Source: the human T2T-CHM13v2.0 reference genome, Homo sapiens. Taken from it: a stretch of 64,000 bases of DNA. The position numbers and the translations under genes are program-made. Of the stretch, positions 52,270 to 64,000 are shown in pieces. The notes under the pieces were generated by a model, which was not told the DNA's origin, did not search any database, and was given only the letters and a program-made list of their open reading frames with translations. The stretch lies in the NCBI RefSeq assembly GCF_009914755.1, contig NC_060938.1; one strand, 5' to 3'. Each line of letters starts with the position of its first letter. The first letter of the stretch is position 1.

Positions 52270-52390
52270 CATATGCCTTCTTTTATTCATGGTTTACTAA
52301 TTATAATATTCTATTTATATAATTGAGAATTCCTTGTTCCGTTTTTCTTTCTCATTTTCTTTCATCCTAGTCAATCATTTTCAGTCAAAA

Positions 52391-52598
52391 TGTGTATATA
52401 TATGTGTGTATGTGTATATATATGTGTGTATATATAGGTGTATATATATGTGTATATATATGTGTGTGTGTATATATGTGTGTGTATATATGTGTGTATA
52501 TATGTGTATATATATGTGTGTATATATGTGTGTATATATATGTGTGTGTATATATATGTGTATATATATGTGTATATATATATGCGTATATATATATA
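52391..52598. repeat. Compound (TA)n/(TG)n microsatellite, ~210 bp
   Basis: TGTGTATATATA-type units; nearly uninterrupted purine-pyrimidine alternation. Confidence 0.97.
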
Positions 52599-52949
52599 GA
52601 TGGGAAAGAAATACAGAGCAATCTAGGAAGCATTGTGAAAAAATGGTGTGAACGTATGCATCAAAAAGTAATATTACAATTTTATTCAGTATCCCATCCA
52701 AACTTTTCTCCTGCAGGACTTTCATGCTTGCTATTGTCAAATCTTCTCCCTTCTGCATAACTTTATCTTCTCTATTATTGCTATTGTCACATAAATGTGC
52801 TTTTATATATCACATTAGAAAAATAGTCATTCTCCTCAGTCTACATGTCTCACAAATATAGAACTACTTTTTTTTCTTCTTTAGAGCAAACTTTCTCAAA
52901 AGTATTCAGAAAAGTACAATGTGTAAAACAAGCAGCAAGAGAGGACATC

Positions 52950-53457
52950 TGTGTTAGGGTGAATAATGGCCTCAAGAGATGTCAGGTCTTAATCCTTAGT
53001 ACCTGTAAATGTAACCTTTATGGCAAAGAGACTTGCAGATGTGAATAAGTGAAGAATTTTGTGATGGAAGATTATCATGAATTATCTTGGTGGGCTCTAA
53101 ATGCAATCTTAAGTGTCCTTATAAGAGTGAGGGAGAGGGAGATTTGACATAGAATCTAGGTTATGTGATCATGGAAGTGGAGAAATATTTGAAAATTATA
53201 CGCTGCTATCTTTGAAGATAGAAGAAGGGGCCTATGAGACAAGAAATGTAGTTCTAGAAGCTGCGTTTCTGGAATAATTTCTAGAATTACTCTCCCCTGA
53301 GTTCTCTGGAAAAAATAGGGTGCTGATCACACCTTGGTTTTAGACCACTGATACTGATTATGAATTTTTGGCCTTCAGAAGTATAAGAGAAAAAGTCTGT
53401 GTTGCTTTAAGCTACCCATTTTGTGGCAATTTGTTACAGCAGCATAGGAAAATAACA
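52950..53457 (+). mobile_element. MLT1C/D MaLR LTR
   Basis: GAATAATGGCC..GTAACCTTTATGGCAAA..GTGTCCTTATAAGAG..TTTGTTACAGCAGCATAGGAAA. Confidence 0.85.
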
Positions 53458-55144
53458 GAGAATCTCTTCTTGTTCCCAGGTTTAAAAGCAAGTCTTCTAA
53501 CATTCCCACATTATTATGTCATAACATATTGTTTATAGGATTTCAAAAGATACACTTTATCAACTTAATTAAGTGCCTTTTAAATCCTAGTTTAATAAGA
53601 GCATATATATATACAGTAAATTAATGATGAATTTTATCAAATACTTCTTTGTATCAATATCTGTTAGGATACAGATCTTAACGTATCTGCATCTACTGAA
53701 ATTATGTGATTTTTCTCATTTACTCTGTGAATGTGATGAATAATATTCTTTTTAATTGAATCTCAATTATAGAGAATTGAATTAATCATCATTTTGATTA
53801 ATGACATACTTTCATCTTATGCCTATTCATGGTCATCTTTTATATGTAGGTAATTAAATAATAACTTTTTCAGTGTTGGAAGCAACCAGCATATAGCACC
53901 CTGCATAAAAGCTAAAACCTGAAGAATGACCACATTTAGCCATATAGTTTCTCACTCCCATCTCATCCTCTGTAATTACCAGTGTTTGAACCACAACCTC
54001 TTTCTTCTCTAAACCACTAGCTGAAATCTAAACTCAGCACTCCAACCTCCCATTTATTGATTTCTGCTAGGCTTCTTGACGTCTCACCTTGTGCATACAT
54101 ATCTTTGATACTGGCCACACTTAAGGGACATTTGTATGCAGATATTCAGGCTCTCTCTCTGTGGTTACCTCCTTCTTGGAAATTTGTCTCATGAGCCCCA
54201 TACACACTAGATACTCTGAACTCTAATCTCTGTCACCTCAACACAGTAAAATTTCACTTTCTGTATATGCTTTCTTTCTTCACATCACTATTTGGGAAAT
54301 GTTATTAGAGGAAAAACGTCTGAGTGAATGTAATTTATAGTCTATAATTATTTCTTTTTAATAATAATCCCACTCAAGCTCTGTATACATTGATTGTTCT
54401 CCCGTGTCTTCCAATAATTGTCTAACATATTTTGCCCAGCTTTTATAGCCAACTTCAGGGTGTGAGTTTGTGCTACTTTATCATGACCTGAACCTGAAAT
54501 CCTCTAATTTTATTGAAATGGATGGTTATTGTAGTTCATGTTGCATTTCTTGTGTTTCCAATAAGTTTTTAGATTTTCTATTTCTCCACAATTCTGGAAT
54601 TAAGAATCCATTTGTTTCATTCTAATCTAGTTTCTTATACATAATGCTAAAGGGAGTGTTGTTTCAATGACTGTCAATAACTTCTACGTGGGCACCATTC
54701 ACATTTCCCAAAGTCTCAGCAGCATTTCAAATTGTTGAAAATTTCTTCCTCTTCAAAACATTATTCATTATAGAGTTCTTTAAAAATATACCAACCTTGC
54801 TTTTCTTCTTGCCACCTCAGCTTTTTATTCCCAACTTAATTGCAACACATTTTTTTTTCAGCTCATTTGGCATTAATTTCTATTGTCTGTTTCAACCCTT
54901 CCTTGGTGATTTAACAATAAAAATAAATAATTCCTTTAAAGGGCTCATAAGTGTCGGTAACTCCCATAGCTTTACTTTTACCTTTGCCTATTCTCCAACC
55001 TTCAGACTTAGACACAAAGTTGTTTAATTACCATCTTGCATTTCTCTCATGCCAAACATCCACATGACTGATAGTCCTGTTATTTCTTTCTTCAAAGTAT
55101 ATATCAAATGCATTCACTCTTTCCATCGCCATTGCTACTATTAC

Positions 55145-55515
55145 TGTTTTAGTCAATTCTGACTGCTATCACAAAGACCTATAGACTAGGTGGCTTAGAA
55201 ATAACAAAAATCAATTTTTTCACAGTTCTAAAGGCTAGAAGTCTGAGACCATGGTACCAGAGTGACCAGGTTTCAGTGATATCTCTCTTCTAAGTTGCAG
55301 ACTACCATTTTCTTCTTGTATCCTCACATGCCAGAGAGTGAGAGAACTCTCTTGGGTCTATTGTATAGGGGAACTAGTTCCATTTAGAAGGGCTCCAACC
55401 TCATGATGTAACCACCTCCTGAAAGTCCCACCTCCTAATACCATCATATTAAGGGTTAGGATTTCCACCTATAAGTTTCAGAGACAGGGTGGCAACAGAC
55501 ATGCAGTCCATTGCA
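55145..55515 (-). mobile_element. MLT1A-type MaLR LTR
   Basis: TAGACTAGGTGGCTTA..CACAGTTCTAAAGGCTAGAAGTC..CCCACCTCCTAATACCATCA..CAGTCCATTGCA. Confidence 0.85.
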
Positions 55516-55555
55516 ATCAGTATCCAAGACATTACCATCATCATTATCTCCATTC

Positions 55556-57701
<2,146 letters not shown>

Positions 57702-57778
57702 CTATATTTGGATAATAGTCTCTGCCTTTGTCTTCTTGCATTTATTCTTTTCCCCTAAAGTGATTCTTCAAAGAGTAA

Positions 57779-58183
57779 TGTCAAAGAGAACCAGAGCCAG
57801 AGGGTAATTAAAGCAGTAAAGAAAGATTTTATTCAGAAATTATTGCAACACAGGAAAAGAGACTTTAGTAGAGAAAGGAGCTCAATTCCAAATACAAGCA
57901 CACATGGAAATTTATAGCAAAAGAGCAGTGTGAGGGGGTCAGTGGATGGAAAATTACTAAGAGGAGACATCAAAAGTAGGGGAACTCTTGCTAAACCAAA
58001 TTAACAGGATTCTTGCTGAAGGCAGCTCAGGGTGATCAGATATCAAGATTCTGTCTATATGGACTTAAGGATTCTTGTTAAAAGTGAGCTATGGAGACTA
58101 GGCAAGGGGCCTAGGTGAAGATCTAGTTGAGAGGAGAGCTCAAAAATCTGACTAAAGTTTGATGAAGGAGAGAGTCTTTGTCA
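57779..58183 (-). mobile_element. MER31 ERV1 solo LTR
   Basis: Minus strand starts TGACAAAGACTCTCTCCTT..AAACTTTAGTCAG; GGATTCTTGCT repeats; near-TSD GTAA/GTAT. Confidence 0.82.
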
Positions 58184-58199
58184 GTATTTGTGTTAATTT

Positions 58200-59500
58200 T
58201 TTTTAATTAGTAAAAGTGAGGCTTATTTGCATTCTTCAAGGACTTACCAATTAATAAGCTATGTTAAAATCTCCAGTTTTAATGTCTATTTCTTCTTTCT
58301 GCTTTATGAAAATTGTAATTTTGTGTATGTTATTAATATATATTTTATTTTTAATGTAGAATGAAGCATGAATCCTTCTGTAGAATAAATTTCCCTTCCT
58401 TATCCTGTTAAATTTATTTTGTCTTAAATTCTATCTTGTCTCATAGCAAAATTCTGACAACTATTTCAGGATCTTGCTATCATACAAGATCTATCTTTGC
58501 TCTTCCTTTTACATTAAACCATTCTGAATTGCCTTGTTCAATATGTTTCTTGCACACAGAATAGATTGGATTCTGCTCCATTAGCCAATCTAAAAGTATG
58601 CCATTTAATGGTGAGTTAAGCCCATTTGTGTCTTTGATATACCTGTTATGCTGGTGTTAAGTTCTGTTATATAAGTTTTTGCTATATAAATAATTTATAT
58701 AAAATCTTGCCCTGTATTTACACTTTAATTTGAGGGGCAGGATATACTCATTTGGTATTTATAAATGTTTCTATGTTTATTCTTATTATTATCTTATAAT
58801 AATATTATAATAAAATATACTAGTCCTCTAGTGTGTTTGAATACTGTCTATTGATTTCTTCAATGAGTAGTAATACTGTATTCTAGTAAACTTTCTTTCC
58901 TTTCTTCTCTCTTTTTGCTTAACATTTACTTTAATTCCATATTTTTTTAATGGCAGTTAGATACTCCTGAGATAGTCATTAAGATTCGTCTACTTTCTTT
59001 TTCTTCTCCTTTTTTCCATTTGTTGTTGAGTTGCATTATTTCTTCATGTTTAACACACTTAATAGCATCATGTTTTGTCACTTTAATCCCCATTACTTGT
59101 TCTTAATTATAAAATTAAACATATTTAGTCCTTATCCAGAAGCTTCACATGATGTTTGTCTTCTTGTCAGTAGGTAGGACATTTCTAAAAAAGCCATCAC
59201 AGGAACAACGTTTCTTAAAATCATAAATATTCATGATGTTCTACATTCCTTAGACATGATTCATAGTTTGGTTGAATAAAATCTCATCTCGCTACTGTGT
59301 TATCTGTTTCATAATCATTAAACCATTTCTTGATTATCATCTTGTATAAAATGTTGCTATCAAGAAGTCTATTATCAATATAAACTTCTTATCCTTTTAC
59401 CTTCATGCTCAAATAATTAATATTATTTTTTATTTTAATTTTTGTTCTTAGAAATAACCGTTACATGGGTATTACTATTCTTTGCCTAAGTTCTATGTTT
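58200..59500 (-). mobile_element. Ancient L1M fragments
   Basis: TTAAAATCTCCA, GTCTTAAATTCTATCTTGTC, TTAGCCAATCT..TTTAATGGTGAGTTAAGCCCATTT: antisense L1 motifs. Confidence 0.6.
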
Positions 59501-60010
59501 AGAAAATTTTTAGATGTTTTTAATCTCTCAATTTCTGTTTTTTACTCTTATTTTTATACTCTATATCTCTTACTATAGTTTGTACCACTTCTATTTGATT
59601 TTATGTACCTTCAAATTTTTTTTTTCTAAAAACTATTTTCTAAAAATTATCTTACTTGTCTCAGATTATCTGATTCTCTGATTAATTTTGATTTTGTTCC
59701 AGTTGTTTTTCTTCAGGGTAAGTATTTTTCTTTTGGGAGTGAGCATTATTGATGATTTCTTGTTGTAGTTTATTGATATTAAGATCTTACAATACTTCCT
59801 TTTATCTTCATTTTATCTTTGCCATTAAGTCCAGCTGGTACTGGCCCTATGCTGCCAATGATTAGGACAATTACTCTTGTATCCTGGGTTTTATGCTGAT
59901 TATTTGTCACCTGTTTTAGTTGGTGATGTCACCCATGGGTTTTTCAGTTACTTCTCCTAACTCCTCTGCCTGGTGTTTGGTACAGATCCAGACATAAATG
60001 AAAGAAAAGG

Positions 60011-60088
60011 AGATAGATAGATAGATGGATAGATAGGTGATAGATAGATAGATAGGCTAGATTAGATAGATAAATAGATAGATAGATA
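60011..60088. repeat. (GATA)n-type microsatellite, degenerate
   Basis: AGATAGATAG array. Confidence 0.9.
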
Positions 60089-60201
60089 CATATTTACCTA
60101 TATACTTACATACCATAGTTTGCTGCTGAGAGTCTCTCCAGTTTATTTTATTTAATATTCTCATAACCTAGAAGCTATTCTCTACAATGATAAAATAATC
60201 C

Positions 60202-60923
<722 letters not shown>

Positions 60924-61511
60924 TTACTTGTTAGGTAAATGTGATACATATTAAGTAAAGTGGGATTTTTCTTAGAGAAGATATTTATCTCTATTGAGGT
61001 AGCAAAATAAATATATATAGATTGAATGAATTTGTCTCCTTTTAAGTTTAAATAAGAAATGGGTGTGTGTGTTTTTTTGGACTATTCCTATTTTTCCTGG
61101 CTTATTCATATTCTAATTCCTCTTGTTTATATAATTATTCACTTTGATCACCTCATATATCTTATCTTTTTTGGGTAGCCTAAAAGCAAAAATATTCTTA
61201 CAGTCTAGTCAGCATTTGCTGTGCTTTCTTATTATTGTACTTGTTTAGCACAAACTTGATGCTGATTCTACTTCTCATTCTTCATGACAAAACAAGTGGA
61301 AAAAATATCTGGGAACTGGCTCTGTGACATGGCTAAATAACACTAAAATGAGTCTTGTGCTCTTAATCTATGAAATGGGAATAATAAAAATAGCAAGTCT
61401 GTAATCACTGCTATATGAAAACTCCGAGTTTTATGAGTGCTTCTGGGAATACCTAGTAAAGAAAACATATCTGTGTGCTTTATCTTTTAATAGTTAAAAA
61501 CAGTTTTGACA

Positions 61512-61669
61512 ATAAGTAGTTTATATTTATTAGTTATTATAATATGTATAATTGTAAATAGTTTATCGGTATTAGTTATTATAATATACATGTACATATA
61601 ACACATTCATATAAACTATAAGTAGTTTATACGTATTAGTAATTATAATATACCTATTATAATAACTAA
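61512..61669. repeat. AT-rich ~34-bp repeat, three direct copies plus inverted pieces
   Basis: TAGTTTATnnnTATTAGTwATTATAATAT near 61517, 61559 and 61623. Confidence 0.8.
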
Positions 61670-63544
61670 GAATAGAAAGGCAATGTAGAAACTAAGAGTT
61701 ATATAATACCCATAGTAATTAATCAATAAGCAAATACTATTTTTAGTATTTTTATACTATTTGTATATGTATTCATTACTTTATGTATATAATTCTTTAT
61801 ATAATTCTTAGGTTCTATAATACCTTTATTCTGTATATTTTGAATTATGTATTTAATAGCCTAATATATTTCTAATTTGCAGAAAACAAGGAAAATTGTC
61901 TTCCTTCAATTATTATAAGTATGCTTTTCTTTATCCAGGGAGGCTAAAAGGCAAGATCATAACAAGCTATTATATGGAAAATTATTTCTTCAAAATATTC
62001 CTTTTAAAATTGAGGCAACAGAATCATTTTTCCCTCTCATTGTATTTTTAATTTAAAATTGTTTCAACAACAATATGTAGATTGCCAGTTCAAGTTCTCA
62101 GGTGTAAGAAGACTCACATTTCTTTGTTATACAATACAATATAAATATAAAGTAAAACATTATATTAAAATGAACGTTTTATAATATTTGGACATTAATA
62201 TCTCAGCCTTTCATTAGCATATTATTTGAAGAAAGGCATTCACTTTTTCACAGGTTACTTCCTTGCTCCTGAAAATGATGATGTTCTATTTTCTACTATT
62301 TGTGTCTAAAAATTTAAACAGGTTAGTATATCCTCTGCATAAATGCTGCAAAATACAATGTACAATAATTTTGTTAAAATTACTAAATGTTAGTAAAAAA
62401 TTTGATTAGTTTTCTTAATAATTGTTTCCTTATTTTTCATATCTATATATACAATCATTCTAAAGTTAAGAACTGACTACTCTCTTGATAATGGAGAAAT
62501 CTTTCAACACACAAAAACAAAATTTTTATTGTCTTTCAAATAGGTCCTGAGAAGAGGATTAGAAAAAGGCAACACATCAAAAAGTTAAGAGGCAGAAATA
62601 GCTTTTATGTTGCTGGTAAATTTAATGAGATCTTAAGTTATTCGACTGGCAAGTCTCATCTCTTTGAGCATCTCAGTGAAGACTGTCAGAAATCATCAAA
62701 ATTCAACACAACAGAGTAAAAGCTAATAGCCTTTTTGTTATACCAAAACTGAAAGGATTGGTAAGACTCAAAATGAATGCTATTACTGAAAATCTTCTTT
62801 TATCTAATTCTTTGTGCAGTGAGTGAAATTGAACAAATACATATCCTTTTTATGGTGTTAAAATGAATTCTGACACTATTAAACAAATATTCTTTGGTCC
62901 TAAGACCTCCTCAATACTTCTTTCACAAAAAGTATTATTAGAATAGCCTATGTGACTCTAGTTCATAATATTCTGGCTATCATTTGATTATTTTCTGTGA
63001 AATAAAAATGAAGCACTCTATTTTTTAAAAAATACTGTGTTTTGATGAAGAAGGAAGTTTTTGAGTGGTTATCACATTAGAGAAATTTTTATTGTAATCA
63101 ACCTTTGATAATTTCTGACATGATTAATATTTATCTTCTTTTCTAGATGTTCTTAAGTAACAAAAAGCAATAAAGATAAAATACAGGACATCAAAGATAT
63201 CACATACATTCATATATCTCAAGAAATGAAAGCAATGAAAGAGCTGTGGTATGATCCATATTTTTTGTTTGTTGACAACTAATGCAAAATTCCAAACAAT
63301 AATGAAGCAACTACAGATTTGGGGAAAATAATAAATCAGAAAGAGCAATTGAGAGAGCCTTTTTAGAAAAAAGTTTTCTCCTTTGGAATTATGTTACATT
63401 TTGAGTAATTATTATGATAGTCAACCATTAATTTATACATTTGTTTTTAATTTAACATATATTTTGAGTATTAAATATATCAGGCACTATTATAGGTGCT
63501 TGTGCTAATTAACAACCAGTTTTCTAGAATGTGTAAAGTGCCAT

Positions 63545-63693
63545 AGAAAATACCTCTTGGGTTCTATGCTCACTACCTGGATGATGGGTTCAGTCATACC
63601 CCAAACCTCAGCATCATGCAGTATACTCTGTAACAAACCCTCACATATATCCTCAAATCTAAAAGTTGAAATTTAAAAAAATAAAAATAAAAA
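63545..63693 (+). mobile_element. L1PB-type extreme 3' end
   Basis: CTATGCTCACTACCTGG..ACCCCAAACCTCAGCATCATGCA..GTAACAAACC plus A-rich tail. Confidence 0.8.
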
Positions 63694-63925
63694 GCAAATG
63701 ATTATATTAAGTATATTAACTAAAACAAAACTAAGTGATTCTGTTTTAGAAAAAGAATTTAGAAATGAAGGGGAGTGGAGACTAGAATAACACTTATGGT
63801 GTTCAATCAGAATCAAAACTATCAATATATACTTAAGTTTACTTTTTTTCTACGTTAGATAGAAATTGAAAAGAATGTGTAGATATATAAATAGACCTAG
63901 ATGCACATGTTTGTGTGTGAATGTG

Positions 63926-64000
63926 TATATATATATATATATATATTTTTTTTTTTTTTGAGATGGAGTCTTTCTCTGTCACCCAGCTTGGAGTGCAGTG
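63926..64000 (-). mobile_element. Alu 3' end with (TA)n/poly-T tail, cut by window edge
   Basis: TTTTGAGATGGAGTCTTTCTCTGTCACCCAGCTTGGAGTGCAGTG. Confidence 0.92.

Noticed and set aside
52334-52760. Four ORFs of 82-125 aa rich in H/I/Y/T or C/V/Y/M
   Set aside because: Stop-free translation of a TA/TG microsatellite.

Overview
This is AT-rich, CpG-poor primate genomic DNA, most likely human: an AluYa5 at 60202-60500 carries all five Ya5 diagnostic positions. It reads as intergenic or deep-intronic sequence. I find no host protein-coding gene, RNA gene, CpG island or CRISPR array. The only real protein homology is decayed LINE-1 ORF2 (631-1117, 14558-15262, 29161-29863, 55556-57686). Other ORFs in the track come from Alu, LTR, microsatellite or random AT-rich sequence. 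The window is a mosaic of mobile elements: about 15 Alu/FLAM copies, L1s of many ages, L2 and MIR, LTR elements (THE1A plus internal region, MER4, MER57, MER21, MER31, LTR12F, MLT1) and DNA transposons (MER58A, MER6A, Tigger1, MER8, MER5). I see no convincing new biological system. The best leads are a diverged ~160-bp local duplicate wedged between two Alu-family elements, a recent 152-bp tandem duplication, an intact LTR12F promoter with candidate non-coding exons on the same strand, a SOX/TCF/ETS motif cluster in unique sequence, a young possibly polymorphic AluYa5, and several perfect inverted repeats. Subfamily names come from remembered consensus sequences and need RepeatMasker/Dfam confirmation. 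Boundaries of old elements are approximate.
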